Source: Mobula hypostoma
Lineage: Eukaryota
DNA: 64,000 bases
Assembly: GCF_963921235.1 (NCBI RefSeq)
Contig: NC_086106.1
Coordinates: 34,596,001 to 34,660,000 of the forward strand
Direction of reading: 5' to 3'
The position numbers and the translations under genes are program-made. The notes below the pieces were generated by a model. The model did no database searches, was not told where the DNA came from, and worked only from the letters and a program-made list of their open reading frames with translations. Below are positions 1 to 12,639 of the stretch, piece after piece; within the stretch, counting starts at the first letter, position 1, and every line of letters starts with the position of its first letter.

Positions 1-604
1 GCTGGTTTGGAGATCAGCTTTTCTGCTTGTAAACAAGTCTTAATAGCTGCTGCAGGTTGACGCTCAGGACTTTTCCCTAATATGTCCACTGTGCATTGAA
101 CAGCTTTTTGTTCGAAAGATATTTGTGCTATTCATGGCAAGATGCCAGGCTACCTTCCTGGCAGGGTTAGTTCCTGCCTTTGGTAACTAATACTAGGCTG
201 AAAAGGGTCATATGCTCTAATAAGGTGTTGTAAAGACCAACTCAGTTGCTTGAAGGACAGCACAGCATTCAGAAGGCTGTTAAGTCCTGTGCAACTCCAC
301 CTTCTAATCATCAAGAAACTGAAATGAGAAATGATATCAAATGCAATGTATTGCCTATACAACATTTTTAACACATTTTGTGAAAACCCACATCACTTGA
401 GGAATGAAGGTCTCCTGTTGACCTCTCTTCGTAAGCCTGTTTATTAATAGAGGAAATGGTAGATTACTCACCAACAGTGAATTAACAAAGCTATGTTCTT
501 TCTATTCTTGCTACACTCTAGTTAAGCTGAATATGATCAAGAGACTGTAGCTAGAATCAGACATGTAATGCTGCAAACTTATAATTTTGGAAGAGGGTCA
601 AAAT

Positions 605-1460
605 ACCATAAGACCATAAGATATAGGAGCAGTATTAGGCCATTTGGCCCATTGAGTCTGCTCCTTCATATCATCATGGCTGATCCATTTCCCTGTCAGC
701 CCCAATCTCTGGCCATCACCCCCTAACCTATCATGTCCAGAGTAATCAAGAATCTATCAACCTCTGCCTTAAATATACCCAATGATTGGGCCTCCACAGC
801 TACCTGTGCCAATGGATTCCACAGATTCACTACTCTCTGGTGAAATAAATTCCTCCTCATCTCTATTCTAAAAGGATGTCACTCCATTCTGAAACTCTGT
901 CCTCTGGTCCAATACTGTCCCATCATAGGAAATATCGTTTCCACATCCACTCTATCGAGACCTTTCAACATTCAATAGGATTTAAGAGGATGACACTTAT
1001 CGTTTTTATTATTCTGAATTTTAGTGAATACAGGCCCCACAGCCATCAAACACTTTTTTTTTTCTATTATAGGTCGACCTTCACTAATCCGGCACCATTG
1101 GGACCTGAGGAGTGCCAAATTAGTGAAAATGCCGAATGACGGAAGGATCACAATAAACGCAATCAGTGCAGGATTATCGAATGAACTGGATTACAGGTAG
1201 CCGGATTAGTGAATGTTGACCTGTACAACCTATTCAATCTGGGAATCATTTCTGTGAACTTTTTTTGAACCATTTCTGGTTTGAACACATCCTTTCTATG
1301 ATACGAGGGCCAAAACTGCTCACAATACTTCAAGTCAGGACTCACAAGTGCTTTATAAATTCTCAACATTACACCCATGCTTTTATATTCTAGGCCTCCT
1401 GAAATGAATGCTAACATTGCATTTGTCTTCATCACCACTGACTCAACCTGCAAATTAACC
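605..1460 (-). mobile_element. CR1 LINE 3' fragment, interrupted by a MITE
   Basis: Begins with the reverse complement of the typical chondrichthyan CR1 3' tail (cataagaccataagatataggagcag...ggcccattgagtctgctcc). Minus ORF 1163-1477 resembles the decayed ORF2 C-terminal part (LEY...YKALV.P.L.YC.QFW.P). Confidence 0.85.
1070..1223. mobile_element. 154-bp MITE (Tc1/mariner-Tigger type)
   Basis: Terminal inverted repeats taggtcgaccttcactaatccggc / rc caggtcaacattcactaatccggc (21/24 identical), flanked by TA (1068-1069 and 1224-1225). No coding capacity. Confidence 0.85.
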
Positions 1461-1502
1461 TTCATGGAATTCTGCACAACTACTCCTTAGCTTAAGTTAA
1501 AA

Positions 1503-3520
1503 GAACCCATCAGGGCAACTGATCATAATACAATCGAATTCACCCTGAAATTTGAGGAGGAGAAGCTAAATTAGACATATCAGTGTTACAGTGGAGTAAT
1601 GGGAATTACAGAGGCAGCAGGGAGGAGCTGGCCAGAAACGATAGGAAACGAACACTGTCAGGGATGATGGCAGAGCAGCAATGGCTGGAATTTCTGGAAG
1701 CAATTCAGAAGGCACAGGGTACATACATCCAAAAGGGGAAGTATTCTAATGGAAAGATGACTGTGGCTAACAAGAGAAGTCAAAGTCCACATAAAAGACA
1801 AAGAGTGGGTACCTAAAAGTGCAAAAATGAATGGGAAGCTACAGGATTGGCAGGCTTTTAAAAACCAACAGAAGATATCTAAAAACAGCATTAAGTAGGT
1901 AAAGATGGAATACAGAAGTAGGCTAGCCAAAAATATTAAAGAGGATACCAAAAGTTTCTTCAGATACATAAAGTGTAAAAGTGAGGCAAGACTGGACACT
2001 GAACCCCTAGAAAACGATGCTGGAGAGGTAGTAATGTGGGACAGGGAAATGCAGAGGAAATGAATAAATATTTTGCATCAGTTTTCACTGTCAAAGATGC
2101 TAACAGTATGGTGGAAGTTCCAGGTGTCAGAAAACATGAAGTGTGTGGTCACCATAACTAAAAAGAAGGTTCTTGGGAAACTGAAAGGCCTGAAGGTAGT
2201 TGAATCACCTGGACCAGTTGCTGAACACCCCAGGGTTCTGAAAGAGATGGCTGAAGAGATTGTGGTGACATTAGTAATGATCTTTCTAGAATCACTAGTT
2301 CCTGAGGACTATAAAATTGCAAATGTCACTCCACTCTTCAAGAATGGAGAGAGGCAGAAGAAAGGAAATTATAGGCCAGTTAATTTGACCTCAGTGATTG
2401 GGAAGACGTTGTAGTTGATTGCAAAGGATGTAGTTTTTGGGTACTTGGAGGCACATGATAAGATAGGCAGTAGTCACCGGTTTCTTCAAGCGAAAATCTT
2501 TCCTGACAAATCTATTGGAATTCTTTGAAGAAATAACAAGGATAGACAAAGGAAAATTGGTTGATGCTATGTATTTGGATTTTCAAAAGGCCTTTGCAAG
2601 GTGCCATTCATGAGACTGCGTAACAAGCTATGAGCCCATTCTATTACAGGGCAAATTCTAGCCTGGATAAAGCAGTCGCTGATTGGCAGGAGACGTCGAC
2701 TGGTAATTAACGGAGCCTTTTCTGGTTGGCTGTCAGTGGTGCGTGGTGTTGCACAAGGGTCTGTGTTGGGACCCATTATTTTTTAATTATATGTGAATGA
2801 TTTGGATGGTGGAATTGACGGTTTTGAAGCAAAGTTTGCAGATGATATGAAGATAGGTGGAGTGGCAGGTAGTTTTGAGGAATTAGAGAGGCTGCAGAAG
2901 ACAAATTAGGAGAATGGATATAGAGGTGACAGATGGAATAGTGTCTGGAAGGGTACGGTTATGCACTTTGGTAGAAGATTTGAAAGGGTTGACTATTTTC
3001 TAAATGGAGAGAGAATACAGAAAACTGAGGGGCAAAGGGACATGGGAGTCCTTGCGTAGGATTCCCTAAAGGTTAGTTTGCTGGTTGAGTCTGTGGTGAG
3101 GAAGGCAGACGCGATGTTAGCATTAATTTCAAGAGGTCTAGAATATGAAAAGAATAATGTAATATTGAGACTTCATAAAGCACTAGTGAGACTTCACTTG
3201 GATTATTGTGAGCAGTTTCGGGCCTCTTAACTTGGAAAGGATGTACTGAAACTGGAGAGTGTTCAAAGGAAGCTCACGAAAATGATTCCAGGTTTGAATG
3301 GTTTATCATATGAAGGGTGCTTGATGGCTCTGGGCCTGTATTCGCTGGAATTCAGAAGAATGAGGGGTGAGCTTATTGAAACCTATCAAATGCTGAAAGG
3401 CCTTAATAGAGTGGATGTGGAGAGGATGTTTACTGTGTTGGGAGATTCTAGGAGCATAGGACACTGCCCCAGAATAGTGGGGTATCTCTTTAGGATGGAG
3501 ATGAGGGGGAATTTAAATGT
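1503..3520 (+). mobile_element. CR1 LINE ORF2 fragment (decayed RT region)
   Basis: ORF pieces with SPGP..HPRVLKE, ANVTPLFK...KKGNYRPVNLTSVIGK, plus decayed YLDFQKAF, V.QGSVLGP and KFADD segments; many stops and frameshifts. Confidence 0.9.
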
Positions 3521-3984
3521 AAGGTGAAAGCAATAATTAAAACATCTATTTGGTTAATGTTGCAGCAAATTTGGAATAAGGAAAAAAGGATGGCATTTAT
3601 ATAAAATTCAGAGGACTGTGGGAGCTTAACTAACAGATGCATACAATTGCATATTGGAGATACCAGCTTGAATAATTCCTTGTTTAGTTTTAGTTGACAT
3701 GATGTGGGCAGTTGTAGAGAGTGCATCCGTGAAGAAATGATGCGGTAGATGTTATTTGAATGCAGATCCCATGAGGTATAAAGGAAATACCTAATGGCTA
3801 AATTGAGATCTTTGCAACAGGTGCATGGATAGTCTGTTAGGGTATCACTGACTTTTTGATGTGAGATGGGAGTTAAATGGGTATACCTGTCTCTTTGCTT
3901 CCCACTACATGCCAATAGGTGGCAATAATGCATCTTTGGTTGGTCTGCTATCTGTCATTAAATTCTGGAAGAAGGAGAAAGAAA

Positions 3985-5520
3985 AAATCATCCATTCTGC
4001 CTGCACATAGTTCATGTGCCTTCATTCTCTGCATATTCTCTGCCTATCTAAGAGCCTCAAACACCTCCATCACATCTATCTCCACCACCAACTCAGGAAC
4101 ACACTGCTCTCTGTAAGACTGGATGTGCCCCATACATCTTATAGAGAACATTACGGCACAAAGCAGGACAGATCCTTCTGGGCAACGATGCTGTCTTTAC
4201 CTTTTAACCTACTCTAAGATCAATCTAACCTTTCACACCTGTATAGCCCTCTATTGTTCTATCATCCATATCTCCCTTCCAGTTTCCTCTTCTCACCTTT
4301 ATGCATATCCATGAAAAGATATCTACTGTCTACCCTTGCGATGAGTCATAAGACATACTGTACAACAAGGAAACAGGCTCTTCAGCCGAACTCCTCCATG
4401 TGACTGTTGATCAATGAGCTAGTCTCAGCTGCCCACATTTGTCCCATAGCGTTTTTAAACTTGTATCCATGTACTTATCTAGATGTTTTTATATGGTTCT
4501 AATGTGCCACCTCAACATTTTTTGACAGCTCATTCCAAATCCGAGCCCGTTACGTCTCTTTGAAATCTCTCACCTCTGCTTCACTCTTCTTTTTTAGCAC
4601 AGCTGGGAAAGGTCAATGTGCTTTCACCATATTTAAGTCTCTCATAATCTTATATATATTTTTGTCAGGTCATCCCATCAATCTCCTACATTGCAGAGAA
4701 TAGAGTCCGGGTCAACACAACCTCTCCCCACAGCCCAGCACCCCCACCCTCCTCTCCCCAAGTCCAAGCACCATCCAGTGAAATCTTTTCTGCAGTCTTT
4801 CTAGTTTGATGACACATTTTGTACAACAGGAAAACTAAAATACTTCAAATGCGACATAACGATGTCTTATACAACTGCCTTATTTTTACTACCCATTGTA
4901 ACATAGCTAGCTGCTCAGATCTTTCTGTAATTTTTTCATAACCTGCGTTATTTACCCCTTCTGTTTTAGCATCATTCACAAACATACTAGCAATGCATCA
5001 TACATTCACATCCAAATCATTTATATAATTTTCAATATCAATGGTCCCAGCACTGACCCCAGCCTGTCATGAGGGACCTTGTCAAAGGCTTTTCTAAAGT
5101 CCATCTACTCAATATCCACTGCCTTCCTCTCAGCTATGCACTAAGTAACATCAAAACAATGCTAAAGATTTGTAAGATACTACGTACTATGCATTAAGCT
5201 GTACTGAATCTCCTAATACAGACCCTAGCGCTCCAAATGTTGATAGATCCTATCCGTCAGAACTCGCTTCAGCAATTTCCCGGCCATCAGAGTCAGGATC
5301 ACTGGCCTGTAGTTTCCGGGCTCAATCTTACTCTACTTTTAAACAATGGTATCACATTATCCATTCTCCATTCCCCTGGCACCTCACTCATGGCCAAGGA
5401 TGAAACAAAAATCTCTGCAAGGGCCCTCACAATTTATTTCTTAGCTTTCCACAAGTCTTGAGAATCCACCTGACCAGCCCTTGGGGATTTATCCACCGTA
5501 AAGAACTCTATTGTCTCCAA
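3985..5520 (-). mobile_element. CR1 LINE fragments
   Basis: Reverse-complement CR1 3' tail at about 4345 followed by decayed RT-region sequence (gaccttgtcaaaggcttttctaaagtccat = rc of MDFRKAFDKV). Confidence 0.75.
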
Positions 5521-6139
5521 TAGCTCCTCTCCCTGCTGATCCTAAACAATACCACTAATTTCCACATTTCCTTCACTCCCATCATTTTCTCCATGCTAAG
5601 CGATGAAGAGAAACATCCATTAAATGTGTGTGTGATGTTGATGAAGGGCCTCAGCCCATAATATCAACTGTTTATTCCCATAATTACTGTATTAAAAGCA
5701 ACAAAAAAGTATCTGTTATTATTCGGGCATACTCTCACAGTCGATGAGTGACTCCCGCATCCCAAATGTAGATTTATTTCCAAGCATATATGCTCTTAAT
5801 CTCTGTTTGCCAGAGGAGGTCTAATGATTTTGAAATTGGTTCACCAGAATTCAGAACCTTATTTTCCAGATTGTTCTTATCCATGTTTGTGACTTCCTTG
5901 AAATCTAGCAATGTATATTTACTATCGACAAAGTCCTCACCCAGTCCCTCTTCTTCATTCCATATGATTATTCATCGCCAGCAGGATTATTTACTGGCAG
6001 AATCAGATGTACTGGAAGCATTAACTAAAAAATCACCCAGAGTAAGCGGTTCACATTAAGGCAATCCTCACTCATCTTGGGTAAGCTGAAATTCCTGATT
6101 ACCACCGTGGTATTATTTATCTGCCTCTGAGATTTGCCT

Positions 6140-7345
6140 ACGCATCTATTTGGATGTGAAATGAGCATATTCACATCAAAGGGATGCATTTTTTTATAAT
6201 TTCAAAGTTCTGCCCATCCATGTAGGTTTTTTTTTAATAGACTTCTACGATATCCTCCCTCATTGCTGCAGTGATGATCTCCAGTCAATAATGCAATGTT
6301 CTTTTACACCCAGCCCCCCCCCACCCCCCAGCACATCTGAAACTTCTGTACCCTACTGCAAAATGCCGATATTCTGTTCATATTTGCCTTACCAGTCAGG
6401 CACCTTGTATTGCAATGGAGTCCAGTGAGATTTCTAAATGCCTTATTATGCATATGTCTGCACTGGTTTTCCTTCCATATTTGACTAAAATTCACTGCCA
6501 ACATTCCACTCCCCTCCCCCCCCCATAGTATTTCTACTGCGTTCCATCAAACTGCAGACTTCAGTTAGACAGTGGAAGGGAGGAATGGGATGAATTTTAG
6601 CAATTATGTCAGACATAGAGATGTAAGCTGCCTTTTGGACTCACAGCCACAATTGTGGCATCAATGCTGAGATGTTTGCCTGAAGAAGGACACAACATTG
6701 GTTCCCTTATTCTGCCCATGGTTTTGTTTGATCCTGCAGAGACAGCACCACTGATCCGTCATCCATGTGGTCTGTGCCAAGTTTGAGTTCCTGATTTTTT
6801 TTTCAAACACTCTTTCGAGGTCTCAAACTTTCAAACATATAGAATATTTTGCCCAGCTCTAGCACTCAGCTACAGGAAGAACGTCATTAAGCTTCAAAGA
6901 TTGCAGAAAAGATTGACGCGGTTGTTACCAAGAACAAAGGGATTGCATTTTGTAAATAAAATGGCTGAATCAGCTGGAACTTTTTGATCTAGAGCTTAGG
7001 AGTGACTTTTCACTGGTATATCAATTCATTGGAGGATAGGCAAGATGGATAGTCAGTGATTTTCCCAAATGTAGGGGAGTGTGAATATGGCAGACATTGA
7101 TGGAGAAGGATTTAAAAGGGACATGAGAGGTGAACTTTTCACAGAGTGTATTGTGTAAATGTATCAAGCTAATTGAGAAACTGTAGTGGTGGCTAAAATT
7201 CCAATGGTTAAACGTCTTTTGGACAGGTGCATGGAAAGGAAACTTTTGAAGGGATATGGCTCAAATGCAGCTAATTGGGACTAGCTCAGAAAGATATCTT
7301 TGTCAACATAGACAAATTGGTCTGAAGGGCCTGATTCCATGCTAT
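6140..7345. mobile_element. CR1 fragments (minus about 6140-6510; plus 3' end about 6830-7345)
   Basis: Decayed ORF2 similarity; the plus piece ends in a CR1 tail (ggtctgaagggcctgattccatgctata...ctatgacta). Confidence 0.65.
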
Positions 7346-7520
7346 ATATAGCTCTATGACTACTCAGGAAGGCAACAACTATAATAATGCACTGAAGATC
7401 TTGAATTTCATTTTGTATATCTGCAATTAATCAAAGCTATCTAACTTTAGGTATTGGAAGGATTCTCATTTTAAAATGTTTCAGCACTGGCTTTAATATT
7501 GAAATTTAAAGTTCAAAGTT

Positions 7521-8090
7521 GTGTAATACATCTATTGATGCTTCTGGACACATCTTCAGTGATGTTCCTGGAATTATCAAGTGTTTCGGGTCTTTCAACA
7601 TCATACAACCTCCTCAAGGTGACCCAGCTGGGGCTGATCAGACCCCAGCTTGTGTCCAGATGGCTAGCTACTTATGACTCCATGGCTCCGCTCCTTTGAG
7701 CCAAACCCATCTTGAAGCCCTCTCTGCCGCATCGGTGGTACTGCGGATGGCTCTCCTCTTCCTCTCTCCCTCGATGCCCAAAATGCTGAAGGCTCTAGCT
7801 AAAGAACAGGCTACGAATCCCCTACAACCAACCTCCACTGGGAGACACCTCACTCTCCATCCAGCCTGCTGACAGTTGCTGACCAGTCCTGCGTACTTGG
7901 AGAGCTTCCTTTCAAAGGCCTCCTCCAAGCTATCTTCCCATGGGACTGTCAGCTCCAGCAGCACCACTTGCTTAGCAGATTCAGACACTAGGACAATGTC
8001 TGGTCGCAGGGTGGTGGCTGCGATATGGTTGAGGAAGTTCAGCTGCCCTTCGAGGTCCACCAACAGCTGCCAGTCCCTTGCAGAGGGAAC
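7521..8090 (-). mobile_element. HERO-like (R2 superfamily) non-LTR retrotransposon 3' fragment with restriction-like endonuclease
   Basis: Open frame 8090 to 7668: DWQLLVDLEGQL...TTLRPDIVLVSE..KQVVLLELTVPWED..EEAFERKLSKY..L...C...GW......VEVGCRGF, the PD-(D/E)xK RLE signature. The 3' UTR has an 8-bp hairpin (7626-7650). Confidence 0.8.
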
Positions 8091-8481
8091 TTATTAGCAA
8101 AGCAAGAATTTATCACTTTGAGATTCATTTTCTTTCAGGCATTGACAGGAAAATAAAGACATACAATAGAATTATGAAAAACTGTATGTGACAAAGACTG
8201 ACAACCATACAACATGTAAAGAGGACAACCATGCAAATAATAAATGCAAAAAAGATAAACTTGAAAAGAGAACATGAGTTGTAGAGTACCTGAAAATGAG
8301 TCTAAGTTGTGGGGTTCATCCAGCACTGAGGTGAGTGAAGTTATCTGCACTGGTTCAGCTACCCGATTCTTGTAGGTAATAACTGTTCCTGAAGTGGGAC
8401 TGAAGGCTCCGTACCTCCTGCCAGTGGTAGTTACGAGAAGACAGCATGGCCTAGATGATGAGGATCCTTGATTTTGGATGC
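8091..8481 (-). mobile_element. Rex1/Babar LINE 3' end (its tail continues at about 7505-7520, split by the HERO insertion)
   Basis: Same tail family as 49825-50500 (aagttcaa...ttatta...tgagattc.tttc; ggtgagtgaagtt; taataactgttc; ggctcc.gtacct). Confidence 0.7.
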
Positions 8482-9080
8482 TGTTGTGAAACATCCCAGT
8501 TTCCTAGGCTGTGCAAAACTAGGGAAGACGACACTGGCCCTGCCAAACCCGTGAGATTGGGGTAGGCGTGCTTGATCCGACCCCAAACCTCGGTTTGTGT
8601 GGATGCTGTGTCATTTGCTACCCTGTTACAAATTAATGCCACGAAATAGCAGACTGTACATTGCATACGATTAAAGGAATTATATTTATGAATCTTGACT
8701 GAAGGGTTAGTAAAGAATAACAAAAAGAAAAGGCTCATTCCGATTAAACAGTCAAATGTGCACAGGTTGGAACTCATCTTGAACTTCTCTGTCACTCATG
8801 CACTGGGCCCTTGGTCCACGTGTAAGGACACACCACCTTCAAAAACGTCGCTCGCAGTCCATCTCGAACAAGTGGGTCTCCCACTGATCGTATGCTACGA
8901 CCGGTTCTCCCCAGCGTTTTCTCTCTTCATCTCCTCTCGAACAAAATAAAACCTCAAGCCCAACCTTACTTTCTCACCAAGAAAACATATCTTTGTCCAC
9001 AAATCATGCCTTGAAGGAAGGATTATTTCTTTACCCCATAACAACCACTGTGTTCGTCCCTGATTAGCTAAGCTTACCAA
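8482..9080. mobile_element. Probable LTR fragment
   Basis: Starts with TG at the break point of the Rex1 fragment; non-coding, LTR-like composition. Right end and TSD not resolved. Confidence 0.4.
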
Positions 9081-9139
9081 AGTGAGAATGATTGAAAGAG
9101 ACAGCAAGAGATGTTTCGTTCTGTGAAATCATGAGCTGC

Positions 9140-11880
9140 TCTAGGGGTGAGCCTCAGTGGCAGGGCCTCTGGCACTAAGTCTGACCCTGTGGTGCAGAAG
9201 GGTGGGACAGAGAAGAGGAGAGCTGTCGTCATTGGGGACTCTATAGTCAGGGGAGCAGGCAGGAGATTTTGTGGATGTGAGAAGGACACCCGCATGGTTT
9301 GTTGCATCCTGGGTGCCAGGGTCCTGGATGTCTCTGACTGGGTGCACGACATCCTGGTACAAGGGGGTAAGAGGGAAAGGGACAAGAAGTCGTGATACAT
9401 GTTGGCACCAATGACATATGCAGGAAGAGGGATGAGGTCCTGAAGTGTGAGTTTCGAAACTAGGCAGAAGGCTGAAGAACAGGACCTCAAGAGTCATGTT
9501 CTCAGGATTGCTGCCAGGGCTACATGATAGTGATGGTAAGAATTGGAGGAGATGGCAGTTGAATGTGTAGCTGAGGAGTTGGTGCAGGGGGCAGGGTCTT
9601 AGATTTTTGGATCATTGAGATCTCTTCTGGGGAAGGTGGGACCTGTACAGATTGGATGAGTTGCACCTGAACTCGAGGGGGAGCAATATCCTTGCAGGTA
9701 AGTTTGTGAGCATGGTTCAGGGGGGTTTTAATCTAATTTGCAACGGGGATTCGACCCAGAGCAATAGAGCAGTGGAAGACGTGCATGGAGTAAAGGCAGA
9801 TCTAACATATAAAGAGGCTTTGAGGAAAGAGAAGCAGAATAAAGGGTGTAAAGTTAGTAAGGTAGTAGGGCTAAAGTGCGTGCACGTCAATGAAAAAAAG
9901 CGTCAGGAACAAAGGTGATGAACTGAGAGCTTGGATACATACATGGAATTATGATGTAGTGGCCATTACAGAAACTTGGCTGGCACCAGGGCAGGAATCA
10001 ATTGCCAATAATCCTGGATTTCAGTGCTTTAAAAGGAATAGAGAGGGGGGAATAGGGGAGGAGGAATGGCATTGATGGTCAGCGATACTATTACAGCTAA
10101 AGAAAGGGTGGGTAATGTAGCAGGATCCTACTTTGAGTCAGTATGGGTGGAAGTCAGGAACAAGAAGGGAGCAGTTACTCTGTTGGGGGTATTCTGTAGG
10201 CTCCCTGGTAGCAGCAGAGATACCGAGGAGCAGATTGGGAGGCAGATTTTGGGAAGGTGCAAAAATAACAGGGTTGTTAACATGACTTTAACTTCCCTAA
10301 TATTGATTGGCACCTGATGAGTTCCAATGGTTTAGATAGAGCAGAGTTTGTTAAGTGTGTCCAGGACGTTGACAGGCCGGCTGGGGGAGTGCCATACTAG
10401 ATTTAGTATTAGGTAACGAACCAGGTCAGGTCAGAGATCTCTCAGTGGGTGAGCATCTGGGGGACAGTGATCAACGCTCCCTGCCCTCTAGCATTATCAT
10501 GGAAAAGGAGAGAATCAGAGAGAACAGAATTTTTGTTTAATTGGGGAAGGGTAAATTATGAGGCTATTAGGCTAGAATGTGCGGGTGTGAATTGGGATGA
10601 TGTTTTTGCAGGGAAATGTACTATGGACATGTGGTCGATGTTTAGGGATTTTTGCAGGGTGTTAGGCATAAATTTGTCCCAGTGAGAAAGATAAAGAATA
10701 GTTGGGTGAAGGAACCATGGGTGACAAGTGAGGTGGAAAATCTAGTCAGGTGGAAGAAGGCAGCATACATAAGGTTTAGGAAGCAAGGATCAGATGAGTC
10801 TATTGAGGAATATAGGGAAGCAAGAAAAAAGCTTAAGAAGGGACTGAAGAGCGCAAGAAGGGGGCATGAGAAGGCCCTGGCGAGTAGTGTAAAGGAAAAC
10901 CCTAAGGCATTCTTCAATTATGTAAAGAACAAAAGGATGACAGGAGTGAACGTAGGACTGATTAGAGATAAAGGTGGGAAGATGTGCCTGGTGGCTGTGG
11001 AAGTGAGCGAGGTCCAGAATGAATACTTCTCTTCGGTATTCACCGATGAGAGGGAACTTGATGACGGTGAGGACAATATGAGTGAGTTTGATGTTCTGGA
11101 GCGTGTTGATTTTAGGGAGAGGAGGTGTTGGAGTTGCTTAAATACATTAGGATGGATAAGTCCCCGGGGCCTGATAGAATATTCCCCAGGCTACTCCACG
11201 AGGCGAAGGAAGAGATTGCTGAGCCTTTGGCTAGTATCTTTATGTCTTCGTCGTCCACAGGAATGGTGTCGGAGGATTGGAGAGAGACGAATGTTGTACC
11301 CTGGTTCAAAAAAGGTAGTAGGTATAGTCCGGTTAATTATAGAGCAGTGAGCCTTACGTCTGTGGTGGGAAAGCTGTTGGAAAAGATTCTCAGAGGTAGG
11401 ATCTGTGGGCATTTAGAGAATCATCGTCCTATTAGGGACAGTCAGCATGGCTTTGTGAAGGGCAGATCATGTCTAACAAACCTGACGGAGTTCTTTGAGG
11501 AGGAGAACAGTTATATAGATGAGGGTAGTTCAGTTGATGTGATCTACATGGATTTTAGTAAGGCATTTGACAAGGTTCCACATGGTAGGTTTATTCAGAA
11601 TGTAGGAAGGCAAGGGATCCAGAGAGATTTGGCCAGGTGGATTCAGAAAGCAGAGGGTCGTGGTGGAGGGAGTACATTCGGATCGGAAGGTTGTGACAAG
11701 TAGTGTCCCACAAGTATCGATTCTGGGACCTCTACTTTTCGTGCTTTTTATTAACGACTGGATGTGGGGGCAGAAGGGTGGGTTGGCAAGTTTGCAGACG
11801 ACACAAAGATTGGTGGTGTTGTGCATAGTGTAGAGGATTGTCAAAGATTCCAGAGATACATTGATAGGGTGCAGAATGTA
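9140..11880 (+). mobile_element. Long CR1 LINE copy (ORF1 esterase + APE + RT, decayed, 3'-truncated)
   Basis: VVIGDSIVRG (SGNH/GDSL esterase of CR1 ORF1, 9147-9395); YDVVAITETWL (APE, 9890-10075); KSPGPD...NYRAVSLTSVVGKLLE...QHGFVKGRSCLTNL...YMDFSKAFDKVPH (RT, 11125-11703); KFADD near 11790. Confidence 0.95.
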
Positions 11881-12179
11881 ATGTAGAGTAGCTTATCGTG
11901 CATTCAACTCGGGAAAGATCAATGGAATATGAATTTGGTGAACAGTGGAAGGGATTTGTTGTGGCCCAGAAAGCCCCAAGCTGGCCTCTGCATGTCCATG
12001 CAAGGTTCTGAGTCGGTAGATCTGTGAGCTATCAGATCTATCAGCTGTTTTCTGGAAGCCCCCTGTCATGGAACATGAGTGGTTATTGTCATCTAATGTC
12101 GTTTATATATTATGCTGTCCAACCATTTTTTTCCTGAACCAACAGATTTACATTGCCATGACTATACTTCCCAATAATC

Positions 12180-12430
12180 ACCTCCATGCCTTTCACTTCA
12201 TTCTCCCTCCCTCACTAAATTACCTTCCTCCTCATCTGTCTTCACATGCTTGTACACCTTCCCTCTCCCCTCCTTCTTATTCTAGCTTCTTCTTCCTTCA
12301 TTTCCAGTATTGATGAAGGGTCTCAGCCTCAAACATTGCTTGTATATTGCCCCCATATATACAGTATTGCCTGACTTGCAGAGTTCCTCCAGAATTTTAC
12401 ATGGGATTTCCAGCATCTGCAGAAACTCTT
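12180..12430 (+). mobile_element. Penelope-like element terminal repeat remnant
   Basis: Pyrimidine-rich tract, then ttgatgaagggtctcagcctcaaac...gagttcctccag...atttccagcatctgcaga, matching the 3' end of the intact element (32330-32460). Confidence 0.8.
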
Positions 12431-12639
12431 GTATGTATACTCCAGCTGCCTTTTCGCTAACTTATCAAACCTGTCCATACATTATTGCAGATCTTTGTGT
12501 CTTTCTAGTAATCATCTACATGATGCAACAGACTTTAGTATCGAAGCTTTATAGAATCGTAAGTGTATCAGAACAATAGCTTCCCTTATATGTGTGTGTG
12601 TGTGTTGCACCCTTTTATACCACCGGTTACATTGTCAAA

